Shown: positions 1 through 12,868, numbered from the stretch's first letter. The stretch is 64,000 nucleotides of DNA from Blepharisma stoltei ATCC 30299 (GCA_965603825.1 CBFDEM010000020.1:806001-870000), one strand, 5' to 3'. Notes: generated by a model from the letters alone, not told the origin. Numbers and translations are program-made.

Positions 1-500
1 TATCTTTCATCTTGAAATGAATATTTTAACTCAACGATCCAGGGATTATTCGCCAGCGCTAGAACATTTCTCTCAGCTCTAATATGCTGCACTTGGTTTT
101 TCCTTATCATTTCTGACTTATTCATCTTCTTCATGGCTAAGATTTCACCAGTTATTTTGCTGCGAACAACTCTGACTTCTCCAAAAGCACCTCTCCCTAT
201 AATAGCAATAGGTTCAAAGTCGAAAACACTTGTCCTTTTTCGCTTTTGTCGTAGCTGTTCAGCTTCCTTGTGGAGGATTTCTTGCTTAATTAGCTCTTGA
301 TCTGTGGTAGACAGGCTAAGTTCATTCATTTTGCGTGACAGTTCATTCCACCCTTCGCGTTTTTCTGTTTCTTCTCTTTTTAACTTTGAGTATTTTTGTT
401 CAATATAAGCTTTTGCAGCTTCAGCTTTTTCTCTAGAAACAGCTGAAATCTCAGGTCTTTCACGTGTTTCTGGCTTCTTTGCAGCAGTTCTTTGTTCCAT
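1..500 (-). CDS. NDR/LATS-family AGC Ser/Thr kinase, N-terminal part (truncated by window start)
   Basis: Not in the ORF track. Manual translation from ATG 500: MEQRTAAKKPE...KAEAAKAYIEQKY...LHKEAEQLRQKRKRTSVFDFEPIAIIGRGAFGEVRVVR...AMKKMNKSEMIRKNQVQHIRAERNVLA...WIVELKYSFQDER. This is an NDR Mob-binding N-terminal region plus kinase subdomains I-IV. Confidence 0.93.
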   Translation of the reverse strand, partial: MEQRTAAKKPETRERPEISAVSREKAEAAKAYIEQKYSKLKREETEKREGWNELSRKMNELSLSTTDQELIKQEILHKEAEQLRQKRKRTSVFDFEPIAIIGRGAFGEVRVVRSKITGEILAMKKMNKSEMIRKNQVQHIRAERNVLALANNPWIVELKYSFQDER

Positions 501-657
501 GCTATTAATTAGTATAAGATTATATTATTTGCTCATATTCAGTATATATTACAAAAAATTCTTTATAAATTTGCATTCTTTAAATGATCTATTTTCCTAA
601 AAAAAATTATATTTGTAATACTTTATAGAAAATTTTTTCTAACTGCGAAATAAAAAT

Positions 658-2907
658 ATGAGTGATAAAAGCCCTCAAAGTACTTTGACACAAAGAAGAT
701 CAATTAGCCGCAAAGACTCAGAGCTACCAGAAAAGGACACTGCAGCTGACGAAGTAATAGCAGAAAGCAAAGGACATATCAACGTTGTCTGCAGATTCCG
801 CCCTTTCAACGACAAAGAAAAGGAATATGGGGAAAAAACGTCAATTGAATTTAATTCAGATCAAAAATCAGTAGCAGTGATTGGCCACGATACTGCTCCT
901 TTATTATTTTGCTTCGACAGAGTCTTTCCATCCAGCACACTCCAACAAGAAGTCTATGACGCTGCTGGCAAGCCTATAATCGAATCAGTTCTTGAAGGAT
1001 TCAATGGCACCATTTTAGCATACGGGCAAACCTCATCAGGCAAAACTTTTACCATGAGCGGGCCTAGTGTTGACGACCCCCTCTACCAAGGTATTATTCC
1101 TCGTATGGTAAAAACCATTTTCCAAAACATTGATGAAGCCAGCGAGCATCTTGAATTTACCGTTAAAGTAGGCTATTGTGAAATTTACCTTGAAAAAATC
1201 AGAGACCTGTTAGACCCTTCAAAAAAGTCACTTAAAATAATGGAAGATAAAGTTAAAGGGATTTTTATTGAAGATCTCACTGAAGATTATGTATATCAGG
1301 AATCTGATATGTACCAATTAATGAAATTCGGAACTAGGAATCGAGAAGTCGCTGAAACTCAGATGAATGAAGTAAGCTCTAGGTCTCATGCAATTTTTAT
1401 GATTACCATATCACAAAGCAATACACTTGACCTTTCTGCAAAAACTGGGAAACTTTATTTAGTAGATTTAGCAGGATCTGAAAAAATTAGTAAAACAGGA
1501 GCTGAAGGAAAAAGACTGGATGAGCTTAAAAAAATCAATAGGTCTTTATCCACCTTGGGTCTTGTAATTTTTTCACTAACAGATGGAAAATCTACACATA
1601 TTCCTTATAGAGATTCAAAGCTCACAAGGATTCTTCAAGATTCTCTTGGGGGAAACTCTAAAACATGTTTAATTTTGACCTGCTCGCCATCACTTTATAA
1701 TGAGCAAGAAACAATAAGCACACTTAGGTTTGGAATCAGAGCTAAAGCTATTAAAAATAAGCCAAAAGTGAATAAGGAGCATACAGTGGCTGAGCTGAAA
1801 ATTTTATTAGCAAAAGCTAAAGAAGAAATTATTAAAAAAGACTCAAAAATAACACTATTAGAGAGACATATTAAAGATATAGGAGAAACTTTGCCAAATC
1901 AAACGGAAGATTCTGAAGCATCAAATGAGTTTTTAAAATCTGCTGAATATCAGGAACTTCTACAGGAATTGGAGTTTGAAAGGCAGCAATACTCTAATGA
2001 AATTGAAAAATCTTCAAAATACAAGCAGGAGCTGAACTCACAGACAATAAAAAATCAAAATTTAGTAAAAGAGAATGATATTTTGAATGGAAAACTAATG
2101 GCACTTGTGATGGCTAAACAATCGATTGAAGACAAGCTTAGGGACTATGAAGATACTATTCAGCAGCTGAGAGCCAAAAATGAGATGCTGGAAAACCAAA
2201 TTTTAAGCTTTACAAATTGCAATATGCAGCTTGAAGAAAAATTAACAGAAAAAGAAGCAGAAATAAAAAAATTAGCAAGTGAATTGTTATCAGTAAAAGA
2301 AAAAGATGAAATCATAGCTGATCTCAATCGAAGATTAAAGAGCCAAGAAGAGCAGCTTAGAGTCAAATTATTAACAGAAAGCAATGGAAGAAAAATGAAA
2401 TCCGAATCAGTCTTAATTTCCCAAAAAGAAAACTTAGCAGCCGAAATTGAAGAAAAAAATGAAACTATTTATAAACTTAACACAGAAATAGAAGACCTCA
2501 AAAGAATTCTGGAAAAAACCAAAAAAGATCATGAACAGGCTGAATTTTTCGTAAAAAGCAAAATAAATACATTAGAGCGTAACTTAGAGTTGCTTACTTT
2601 GATGTATTCAAATATGAACACACAAAAAGCTATGGCCAAGATGGAAAATGAAATCACTGAGAAAAAAGTAAAAAGAAAAACTGAAAGAATTGAGCAGCTT
2701 GAAAAACAGCTTACTAAGATAAGTGAGCAGGCTCATGGGTATAAATATAAAAATAATGTTCTCTCAAAAGAATTGAATGAGATGAAGGATGATTTACCAA
2801 ATCGAGCACACAATAAAATTAAAAAGATGATTAAAGGTGGGAATACCAGAGTTTTAGGTATAATATCGCCTTATGCATTTCAGAATGATGTAATAAAAAA
2901 TAGTTAA
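658..2907 (+). CDS. Kinesin heavy chain (kinesin-1-like), N-terminal motor plus coiled coil
   Basis: VVCRFRP, P-loop GQTSSGKT, NEVSSRSH, LVDLAGSE, HIPYRDSKLTRILQDSLGGN; coiled-coil tail; ends TAA. Confidence 0.93.
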   Translation: MSDKSPQSTLTQRRSISRKDSELPEKDTAADEVIAESKGHINVVCRFRPFNDKEKEYGEKTSIEFNSDQKSVAVIGHDTAPLLFCFDRVFPSSTLQQEVYDAAGKPIIESVLEGFNGTILAYGQTSSGKTFTMSGPSVDDPLYQGIIPRMVKTIFQNIDEASEHLEFTVKVGYCEIYLEKIRDLLDPSKKSLKIMEDKVKGIFIEDLTEDYVYQESDMYQLMKFGTRNREVAETQMNEVSSRSHAIFMITISQSNTLDLSAKTGKLYLVDLAGSEKISKTGAEGKRLDELKKINRSLSTLGLVIFSLTDGKSTHIPYRDSKLTRILQDSLGGNSKTCLILTCSPSLYNEQETISTLRFGIRAKAIKNKPKVNKEHTVAELKILLAKAKEEIIKKDSKITLLERHIKDIGETLPNQTEDSEASNEFLKSAEYQELLQELEFERQQYSNEIEKSSKYKQELNSQTIKNQNLVKENDILNGKLMALVMAKQSIEDKLRDYEDTIQQLRAKNEMLENQILSFTNCNMQLEEKLTEKEAEIKKLASELLSVKEKDEIIADLNRRLKSQEEQLRVKLLTESNGRKMKSESVLISQKENLAAEIEEKNETIYKLNTEIEDLKRILEKTKKDHEQAEFFVKSKINTLERNLELLTLMYSNMNTQKAMAKMENEITEKKVKRKTERIEQLEKQLTKISEQAHGYKYKNNVLSKELNEMKDDLPNRAHNKIKKMIKGGNTRVLGIISPYAFQNDVIKNS

Positions 2908-2957
2908 TATAGCTAATTACCTTGATTATATTAATTTAAGAAATCTTACAAATGCAG

Positions 2958-3983
2958 TTAGCATTTTAAATCTGAATAGAAATTACCCTCAAACACCTTG
3001 GCTTTGGCCATACCTATTTCCATTTCAATACTTTCAATTTCAGTTTGTCTTTCTATCTTAGCAAGGCTGAGCCTTTGTCTTTTCTTTTTAATATTGCATA
3101 TTTTGCGGTTAACGTTCTCTATTTTCGGCTTAAGATCCTGATTAGAAAATACAGAAATCTTCCCTCTGTAAAAATCAATCAAATTTGAAGTTACGATATG
3201 GTCTTTTATCCAAGTTTCTGATTTTTCTAAATTCTTTTCTAATACTTCTACGACTGAAAATTTCTTTTTTAATTGGCTTTTTATATTTTCTTTTGCGATC
3301 TTTTTCTTATTAGAAACTTCTTTAAACAATTCTCCTCTTTTTTCAGCAAATCTAATTTTAGCTTCTATAATTAATTTTTCTTTTTCAGAAATATTTTTTT
3401 TACAGTTTGAGACTAATTCCTTAAGGTTGCTAATGCCTGTAAGCTCACGAACGTTTTTATTTACCAATTTAACTATCTCTTGAGAAACCAATTCATCATC
3501 ATTCGATATAGTGCTTCCTTGGTCTTCTGTGATTTCAATATTAGTAGGAGTTTGGCTAAGAGTTTCTTGAGATTCATTGCTCGATCGATTTTCAGCTTTA
3601 ATTTTAAGGTATTTTTCCTCTAGCCTTTCCAATTTTTTTCCTTTTTCCGCAATCTCTAAAGTGGTTTGTTCAATTGTTTTTTGTAGCTTTTCTATCTGTA
3701 ATATGTATATCTTGCAAAGTTGGTCTTTTTCATTATATTCTTCTAATAAAAGCCTTGCTTTTTCAGAGTAAGAAGCTGTGCCAAGCCTACTGTCAATTTC
3801 TTGGATTTCTAAATCAAAATTATTTATTTTGTTAGTTAAAGCTTGTTCACTATCTATCAATTTATTATATTCTGCTCTTTTTTCTTCGATTTTATGCTCA
3901 ATAACGCTTAAATTATTAGCTAGTTCTTGAGAAAATTTATCCTGTTCCTCGCTTAAAGATGAGTCTGCATTCATATCTTCCAT
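2958..3983 (-). CDS. Hypothetical coiled-coil protein (341 aa)
   Basis: Long E/K/L-rich ORF with aaaaATG start and TAA stop; no recognisable motif. Confidence 0.75.
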   Translation of the reverse strand: MEDMNADSSLSEEQDKFSQELANNLSVIEHKIEEKRAEYNKLIDSEQALTNKINNFDLEIQEIDSRLGTASYSEKARLLLEEYNEKDQLCKIYILQIEKLQKTIEQTTLEIAEKGKKLERLEEKYLKIKAENRSSNESQETLSQTPTNIEITEDQGSTISNDDELVSQEIVKLVNKNVRELTGISNLKELVSNCKKNISEKEKLIIEAKIRFAEKRGELFKEVSNKKKIAKENIKSQLKKKFSVVEVLEKNLEKSETWIKDHIVTSNLIDFYRGKISVFSNQDLKPKIENVNRKICNIKKKRQRLSLAKIERQTEIESIEMEIGMAKAKVFEGNFYSDLKC

Positions 3984-5200
3984 TTTTATAGTCAGTGTTT
4001 TGAGATAATCAATACTCTTTGGCTACTCTAAAGACAGAGATTGAATTATTTTCAGAGATTTTAGATTTGATTTTTAAAAAAATTATTTAAAATTAAATTA
4101 TTTATTTTAATTATTATATTGTTAAAAGCTTTTCAGTTATTGGATACAAGATTATGAATTTTCGGGAATCACCATGACGCTTTCAACAAAGAAAAAGGGT
4201 GAATTAATAAAATTTCCATTTTTACAATTAATAGAAACATCATATTTGTAATTCTTTCAGTTACCTATTAACTTAAAAAAAATTGAGCTTAATAATTATC
4301 TTAATTTCTATTATTTTACTAACAATTTTGACTTTATATAAATGCAATCTGATCAATTTCAATTATTATAAATAATGGCATCGATTTCTCTGTTCGCCAA
4401 ATAGAAATTCATTTCTTGAAATTGTGCCAAGTCAGGAATTTTAGTGAACTTAATTCCTCATATCCAGGCTGGAAGACTGGTGAAAGATCCTATCAGGCTA
4501 AGTTCAAAGAAACCACTGTTGAAGCCAATCTATGTATACTTAAGTGGCCAAAGTCATGGAAGCCACATCTTTCAGGGCTGAGGAATATACATTAATGCCC
4601 ATTATTGTGTTGTAAATAGTTAAGGTTCGCTTTAAACTATTCAAGTGAGATAAGATAATTTTCAATTAAAATGCAACTTAAAACACACAAATAAATTTTG
4701 AATTTTTTATTTTGATATTTCAGTCATTAACTTATGCAAAGGAGTTTAAATACAAGTGGTTAATTTATGAAAACTTATCAATGCTATACAAAATTTTTTT
4801 TTAAGCAGTTTTATGACCCACTTTTAAATTAGATTTTAAAAAAAAACTGTTAACTTTCATCGATATAATATAAGCTTAAAGCGAAATATAGCATGCTAAG
4901 TACTTTTCATTCATTATTGTAATTAAAATATTTTAAAATTAGCATCCAAAATTTTAAGTCGCGTGCTAATTAAGCCTATATATTTTTAGCAAACTCTAAT
5001 CTCCCTAATGTTTATAGTTTAAATCCCGAGCCTCTCGGCTTTATTTTGATGAAGCACAAAGACCAATATGGAATATCGCATGAGTTTAATAGCGGAGAAA
5101 TATGAAATCACTAAACAGATTGTTCTAGACTTAATAATTTATAATGCTTCATCTTTGAAATACACCACTGATTTTTTAATCACATCTCAGTATAAATAAA

Positions 5201-8200
5201 ATGCAAAATAATACCGAAACGAACTGGAGAGAGTTCAAAGTTGATGGAAATTCAAGCATTAAGGATTCAATATTTCCTAAAAATTTGGCAAAATCAACAC
5301 GGTATACACTTCTGTCAATTCTCCCTAAGAACCTTTTTGAGCAATTTCAGCGTTCGTCTAATCTGTGGTTCCTTATCGTTTCTATTTTCCAATTAATACC
5401 TATAAACCTAAACCCAACTGATTCATGAAGCACTATTGCACCTCTTGCATTATTACTGTTTTTTACATTCATAAAAGATGCTCTCAATGATTTTCGTCGA
5501 TGAAAAGACGATCAAAAAATAAATTCAATGCTTTATAGCTGCTGAAACGGGGAGAGATTCGAAAAAATTAAATCAAAAGATTTACTAGTAGGAAATATTG
5601 TCCTATTGAGAGATGGAGAAATCGTACCAGCAGATATGGTTCTTTTATCGTCAGAAAGTGATAACCAAAATGCATATTTAGACATCACAAGTATCATAGG
5701 AAGCGCCAATTTTAAAGAAGTTAAAGGGATTTCCGAAATCCAGAGATTCCTAAACTCAGCTGAAGGTGATGCAATTTTAAAAAAATTTCAAGGTAGAGTC
5801 AAAATGGAGGAACCCAATAACGATTTTTCGAAATTTAAAGGAAGGATAAAACTGACTGGTTTCCCAAAAGCATTTGAAATAAATGCTGAGCAAGCTTTAT
5901 TTAGAGGTGGAAAACTAAGCGGAACTTCATGGGTAACTGGGCTGGTTGTTTATACTGGCCATGAAACTAAAACTCTTATGAATACCAAAAGGCCTGAAAA
6001 AAAGACAAGTCTGCTAGAAAAACGTATCAATAAATGAGTAGGGATAATACTGCTGGTTTTAATAGGACTGGTAATATTTTCTATTTGTACTTATTATTAT
6101 TTATCAGTCAGCAACTATTCTTCTGTTACTCTGCCAGAAGCATTTGTGAGTTTTATTCTTTTGTATAATAACATCATTCCTATTTCTCTGTTTGTAACAA
6201 TGGATCTTATAAGGATTCTTCAAGTTATGTGTATCCAGCGAAATATGAAGCACACTGTCCATTTTAAAACAGGAGATGTAAATGAGGATTTAGGGCAAAT
6301 TGAATATATTTTGCTAGATAAAAGTAGGACAATTACTGAAAATGATTATTATGTCCAGCTATGTATTATCGACTCTGATGTATATATAAGAAGTGATTCA
6401 CCTGATTCAAGTTTAGCTTCTGATGAGGATGGTCCATTATGCAAACAAGCAATAGGAAATAATATTCTGTCTACTGAGAGAGTAACTTTTAATACTCCTA
6501 AAGAGCACTCACTTACTTTTTGTAATTTAAGGCTGGAATTGCTGAATAATAATGATGAAAAAAAGCTCCAATTTGCTAAGTGTATGGCTTTATGCAATTC
6601 TGTGACACCGTCTAGGGATAAAATCATAGGGCCAACTGCTGATGAAAAAGCACTAGTGAATTTAGCTTCTGAACTTGGTGTAAATTTGGTAGTAAAAGCT
6701 CAGAAAGCTTGTCAAATTGATATAAATGGATGCCAGGAAACTTTTAATATATTGGGATCAAGGCCTTTTCAACCGATTTCTAAAAAGACCAGATTACTAG
6801 TAAAAGGAAAGCCTGAAGACCCAGCTATATTATATATAAAAGGATCATATGATACCATTATCCCGTTACTGGACGACGAAGAATTGCAAGCAAGTTTGCT
6901 TTATGAATCCAAAAAATTGAGCTCAGAAGGTATAAGACCTGTTTTATTAGCTTATAAAATCCTAACTGACTCACAAACAAAGGATTTTCTCACCAAACTA
7001 GAACTCGCAAAATATTCTCCTGTAAATATGAACCACAAATATGAAGCAGCCTACTCTGAATTTGAAAAGAACCCTACTTTCTTAGGAGTTGCCGGGATTC
7101 GAGATAAAGTTCTTCCTGAAACTCTTGAATGTGTAGAAGCCTTAAAAAAAGGTGGAATAAAGCTATGGCTTGTAAGCGGAGACTCAGAAGAATGCACCCT
7201 TGAAGCTGCCTATAGCACAAAGCTACTGACTTCTAGACTCCCACTAGTCCAAATCAAACAAGCTACCAGTGTTTATGGGGTCACCAAAATTCTACAGCGG
7301 GCAATTGGCACTCACATTTACCACGAATCCTCCAGAAACAGGTCTAAAACAATTGTATACCGCAAGCCTGAAGCTCCCAAAATCGTCAATGAAATTTTTG
7401 ATAACGACGCTGAGGCTCAAATCGCCGCCTCAGAAAGTATTGTAAGCGAATTCCTCGAAGAAGCCTCTATCATAAAAGACGAAATTCAAGCCAAAGGTGC
7501 TCATCTTGCCTACCAATCCCTTATGGCAATGAATAATTCTCGTTCTCTCTATGATGCTTTTCTTTCCCGGTCTTTTTCTCCCAAAACAGTCAGTTTTGCG
7601 ATTTCAATAGACCGAAAGTCTTTTGAGTTTGCGTTATCTGACGAAGACTCAAGAAAATTATTGGTTTGTTTACTAGTAGCTTCTAAATGTGCTTTATTTT
7701 CTGATATGCTGCCTAAAGATAAAAGTAACCTTGTAAAGCTTCTGAAAGAGAACTTATCGTTTAAGCCAACTGTGCTAGCAGTTGGGGAAGGAAATAGCAA
7801 TATTTCTATGATCCAAGAAGCTGATATAGGCATTGGAATTCAGGATAAAGAGCATAACCATGCTTCAAATTTTTGCGAAATTTCTATATGCCATTTTTCT
7901 GTTCTAAACGAACTGATTTTATTGCATGGATATAGGAATTATTCGAGGATGTCGAGAATTATATTACTGTTCTTTTATAAGAACTTTGTATTGATTGCTA
8001 TAACATTTGGGTATATTTTTATGAGTGACTACTCAGGAGCTACTATTTATAACTCTGGGTTATTGGTTGGGTATAATTTGCTATATACTACTTTTCCTTT
8101 GATTTCACTTGCTACGTTTGACGTAAATGTAGATAAACAGAGACTTTTGGAGACTCCACAGCTTTATATACAAGGTATTTTAAATAAGCTTTTTAGCTGG

Positions 8201-11200
8201 AGAACACTTATGTATTATAGTTTTTTGTCAATAGTACAAGCTGGGGTGTTACTGCTTTTAATAAGCTATGCTTTTCATAGCGCAATAAATGAAAATGGCT
8301 ATGCAGAGGATGATGCTTTGTTTGGGACTACTTTATATATTGCGACTGTTCTTACAGTGCTGGCACAGATGTGGATTGACTGCTATACAAATAATATGCC
8401 ATTATATGTGTCGTATATTAGATCGATAACTTTGTTAATCATATATGTGGTGGTTTCGAATTTTACGCCATTTCCTGATTATGAACAACTTGGAGTGGGG
8501 ACTGAAATCTCGAAATTTCCAATATCACTTATAGCATTCCTTATAACTCCCTTTGTGGCTGTTGTTCCAAGTTATCTAATAAAAGCCCATATTTTTCTAT
8601 TCAGACATAACTCGAAAGAAATGATTATAGTCGCAGCTCAAAGCATAGAGGATCCGGAACTTAATAGATTGGAGGACTTTGCAGATGGTCTCAGAGGAAT
8701 GTATAGGGTTTCATCAATTTGGAAATCAATTCATGGAAAAAGCCAATTTGACATGAACTGGGCTCTTAGATTTGTTTCTGGATCTATGGAGAAGCTTTAT
8801 AGAGAGCATTATATAAAAGAGCATATTCTTATGTTTAGATTAGCAAATTTCGTAATTTGGGTTATTTTGATTCTTTGGACAGTTTATGAGCTAGTAGCAG
8901 TTGATACATCGGTCTCTTATACAGTTATTCGAATTATTTTGGTACTTGGGTATTCAGCAGTTTTAGTCATAGTAATGTTTGATTTTTTTAGGAAACATTA
9001 TGTTATAATTACACTCATTATTATATCTATAGCTATCGCAGCTATAGTTGCTGCTGATATTGTTTATTATAAGCTAGGACTTGTGCCAACAGCAATGGTA
9101 CCAACAATCAGCTACATTCTTTTCAATGTAGATTTCGAATATATCACGATTTTGAACATCATTAATGTGCTACTGTTCCTTATTTCATTGCTATTTTATT
9201 ATCTTGGCTCATCAGAGTATAACAGAACTGAAGAAACCTTACTGCTTTTGACAGCTCTGCTATTAGTAGTTGCAATCACTGCAACATCAGGGTTTATTGG
9301 CTATTTTTTGGATAAATCCAAAAGGCAAGAGCATAAATTAATTAACATTGCTAAAAACGGAGTAGAAAAAATCCAAACAATCCTAGGATACTTACTACCT
9401 GCCTTTGTCAGAAATAGAGTAAAAAAAGGTATCAGATACATTGCAGAAGACCAAGGAACCGTCACAATCCTATTCTGTGACATTTACGATTTTGATAAAA
9501 TCTGCAAAGAATATTCGCCTATAGAGCTAACTACCTTTTTAGACGAAATTTTCCAAAAATTCGACCAAATTTGTGACACAGTCGGCGTCGCAAAAATAGA
9601 AACAGTTGGAAAAACCTATATGGCGTGTGCAGGTTTAAAAGACAGTGAGCTAGAAATGAGTAAACAGCTGAGAGAAGTGACTCACGCTCGCAGATGCATA
9701 GAAATGGGATTAGCAATTATAAGAGAAATCCAATCAGTCAAGCTAAAATATGGATCAACTCTACAAGTGAAAATTGGGATAAACTCTGGACCGGTAATTG
9801 CTGGTGTTGTAGGGTACCATAAGCCTCAGTTTTCATTAGTTGGAGATACAGTCAATACTGCCAGCCGTATGTGCTCAACCTTAGAACAGACCAATACAAT
9901 CCAAATCTCTAATGAGACTTATGAATTATTAGAAAGTTTTGATGGGCTGAAATTTATCCCTAACCAAGTTGAGGCAAAAGGGAAAGGAATTATGAACACT
10001 TTTCTGCTATCAGAAATTAACGAAGGCAATATTGATTATGACCCATCTCAGCTTATGGACACAGTTTTATTAAATCCAATTTCTCAAGTACTACAAGCTG
10101 AAACTTCTGCTCTTCAAGAGGAAGAAGAAGAGTCCCCAGAGCCGAAAAAAACTAGAAAATATACTAGATTTGACATTGATAATAGAAAAGATGTATTTAA
10201 AAAAAATGATCCAGAAATCATAAAGCCAGTCAATCTGTTTGATTTTTCCTTAAAAGAAAGTGAAAACCAAAGACTGTTTAGGATACAGCATATGGAGGCA
10301 AACTATGTGACTGTCTTATTAGGACTTATAGCTGCTTTTATTACATATGGCTTGCTATTAGTAATTTCTGTCCTAGAAGAAGAGTACCTACACGATTATT
10401 CTGATAAAGACACTATTATTATGCGATCTACAGTCGTTGGGGCTTTGTTTATCCTTATAATTATCCACCTAACCAAAAACAAATACAGGTTTTATCAGCT
10501 TGGTGCAGTCCCTGTCCTTCTCTTGATGCTGGCAACTGATATTTACCTTAATTTCCGTTTAAAAAAGATAAACGGAGACTATATCAGTCTTGAAATTATG
10601 TACATTCTTGTAATCCTAAACCACGCCTCCAACCTATCTGTAAGAATGGTCATATTTGTAAGCTTAGGAATTTTTATACCATGGGTCGTATCAGTATCTT
10701 CAAACGCTGAAGACGTCGCTAATGCAATTTTGGTCTTCGGATTTGCCATAATTAACACCTTTGCAGCATACTCAAGAGAGCAAAGAGTCAGAATTAATTT
10801 CAATTTGCAGCATTTGGCTGAAAGAGAAATTGAAGAAACTGACAAACTTTTAGTACAAATGATGCCGCCACATGTCCTGGAAAACATGAAACAAGACAAG
10901 TCAATCACTGACAAACTCCAAGACGTGACCTTGCTATTTGCTGACATCGTAGGATTCACTGCTTGGAGTTCTAATAAAGGCCCTAAACAAATTGTCAAAA
11001 TGCTTAGCGAGCTTTTTACACAATTTGACAAAAAATGTGTAGAACTTAACGTTTATAAGGTCCATACCATTGGAGACTGCTATGTAGTTATGGGCTATAA
11101 TGGCAGCGTAAACAGAGATATAGGCCAAGAATGCTTAAATATGCTGAAAATGGCACAAAGTATGATTGAAATTATAAATGCAATGAACAAGCTCCATGGG

Positions 11201-11485
11201 TCAGAGCTGAATATGAGAATCGGCCTTCACACTGGCACTGTAATTGCAGGTGTAATCGGCACTAATATTGTCCGATATGACATATACGGCCCTGATGTCT
11301 TAATTACAAACAAAATGGAAAGCAATGGGAAACCTGGCGATATCAATGTCAGTGATGTGACAAAAACTTTACTAGAAAGAAATGCTGAAGGCCTATACGA
11401 ATTTACCTTCAACAAAGAAGTAGCTGCCAAGTCAATTGACCGAGTCCACCAAAGCTACTTTATAAAACCAAAACCCCCTGCTTAA
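5201..11485 (+). CDS. Alveolate-type bifunctional P4-ATPase-like / guanylyl cyclase fusion (2094 aa)
   Basis: ORFs at 5201, 5606 and 6146 are in one frame, joined by TGA=Trp at 5426, 5501, 5543 and 6035. P4 motifs: [38 protein letters not shown]. Two class-III cyclase domains: [21 protein letters not shown] and [15 protein letters not shown]. Confidence 0.93.
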
Positions 11486-11518
11486 TTTAAAAAAATTGTG
11501 TGATAACTCATCTTAATA

Positions 11519-12379
11519 TTATTGAAATCCTTGAGGATTTTGCTGGAAATTCTCAAACAGCAGACTTGCGGCCACTTCTTTATTTTTATCACAGCTTAAG
11601 TATACCTGTATGACGTCTTCTTGTGAAAAGCCAAGCTGGATCAGTTCTCGGACGTCATTTTGTTCTTCAGGAGATAGCTGGATTTGAATAGTTCCTCTTG
11701 GCTGCCGTCTTCCGCCTAAAATTCTGATAAACTCGTCCATATTGCTATTTATAAGTGCCAATAGTTCTGGGTTGGTGGCTTCTAATTGTTGTAAAAAGAC
11801 GTTGAGCTCTTCAGGATTTTGCAGGATAACTTCTCTTATCCGTTGGAACTCAGGGGATTGCAATAAAAAGTCAAATGTGGAGGATGTGACTTCTCCGCCG
11901 GCTTCTTCTAGATCTTCTTCGTCTACTTCAAGCTCGTCGCCTTGTTCGTTTGTTATAGGGATTGCAGAGGACACGAGGTATTCTATAGCGAGCTCAGAGT
12001 TATTGTGGGCAGCTCGCAAGGCAGCGACGACTTCTTGCTGGGAGTAACCCATTTCCATAAGGCGAGAGACTTCAGCTTCGTTGACTTGGTATTGGGCTTG
12101 CTCTTGGCGCTGTGGAACTTGTGGAACGGATTCTGGCTGAGGTCGCTCTTGAGGCTTTTTATTGGAAACCATTAGCACTAAAATAGCGTTTTCTGTGATT
12201 TGGAAGTCTGTAAGAGGTTTTTCGTCTTCAAGAATTTTACCTTTGTAAAGGAGTTTTTGAGACTCTATAGGATGGCCTTGGCCTGTTTGGATTAAGCGCT
12301 TAACTTCAATCACTTTGATCTGGGGGTCGATTTCTAAGCTAGTTTGTTCACCACGCAGATTTTTTATTTGGATGATCAT
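11519..12379 (-). CDS. RAD23: UV excision repair / ubiquitin shuttle receptor Rad23
   Basis: UBL domain (QKLLYKGKILED), UBA1 (LMEMGY..VVAALRAAHNN), XPC-binding/STI1 region (FLLQSPEFQRIREVILQNP), UBA2 (LIQLGF..YLSCDKNKEVAA). Confidence 0.93.
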   Translation of the reverse strand: MIIQIKNLRGEQTSLEIDPQIKVIEVKRLIQTGQGHPIESQKLLYKGKILEDEKPLTDFQITENAILVLMVSNKKPQERPQPESVPQVPQRQEQAQYQVNEAEVSRLMEMGYSQQEVVAALRAAHNNSELAIEYLVSSAIPITNEQGDELEVDEEDLEEAGGEVTSSTFDFLLQSPEFQRIREVILQNPEELNVFLQQLEATNPELLALINSNMDEFIRILGGRRQPRGTIQIQLSPEEQNDVRELIQLGFSQEDVIQVYLSCDKNKEVAASLLFENFQQNPQGFQ

Positions 12380-12544
12380 TTATTATATGCCAGAATAATT
12401 TCTTTCATATTGTGATTTTAAATACCTTCATAAGAAATTTATTTCCTTATTAAAATTATTCATATAATTAATGATTGCCAGGAATAATTAAAATTTTTCT
12501 ATTGCAAAGTGAAAGCATATTTCTGAAGCTAATTTGTAAATAAA

Positions 12545-12868
12545 ATGAGCAGGCTTGCTTGGACAATAAATTTCAGCGGAAAGGATGGATCTAATCCTGG
12601 ATTTGTCAGCAGAACTATAAAAAATGCTTTATTTGATCTGAGGTTCCACAAAGATTCGAGATCATGGCCACACCAGACCCCATCATCAATTAAATGGAGT
12701 AGAGCACCTGGACAAGAAAGAAGAACGCGGTTTAATGAAAAATCAAGACAACTGCTTAGATGGGAAGCAAACCAGATGATCACTCAAATTCTATCTAAAA
12801 ATAAAATTATGAATCCTCCACAAAATTTGGCTGAGATAGCATATAGAATGGGGAGAATACCTAAATAA
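12545..12868 (+). CDS. Small basic protein, possibly mitochondrial ribosomal protein bS21m-like
   Basis: aaaATG start, TAA stop, 107 aa. The pattern RTIKNAL...APGQERRTRFNEKSRQLLRWEANQMITQILSKN loosely resembles mitochondrial S21; the assignment is tentative. Confidence 0.5.
   Translation: MSRLAWTINFSGKDGSNPGFVSRTIKNALFDLRFHKDSRSWPHQTPSSIKWSRAPGQERRTRFNEKSRQLLRWEANQMITQILSKNKIMNPPQNLAEIAYRMGRIPK

Noticed and set aside
4323-4595. Open plus-strand frame (NGIDFSVRQ...LRNIH) in the spacer before the cyclase
   Set aside because: No in-frame ATG and no recognisable similarity; at most a relic.
5201-6145. Apparent pseudogene or operon-like strings of short in-frame ORFs (here and in many other loci)
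   Set aside because: Fully explained by TGA=Trp and tiny introns; no real frameshifts remain.
6349-11430. Numerous 60-150 aa antisense ORFs overlapping long genes (also elsewhere in the track)
   Set aside because: Shadow ORFs of real CDSs, mostly with non-ATG starts and S/F/L-rich antisense composition.
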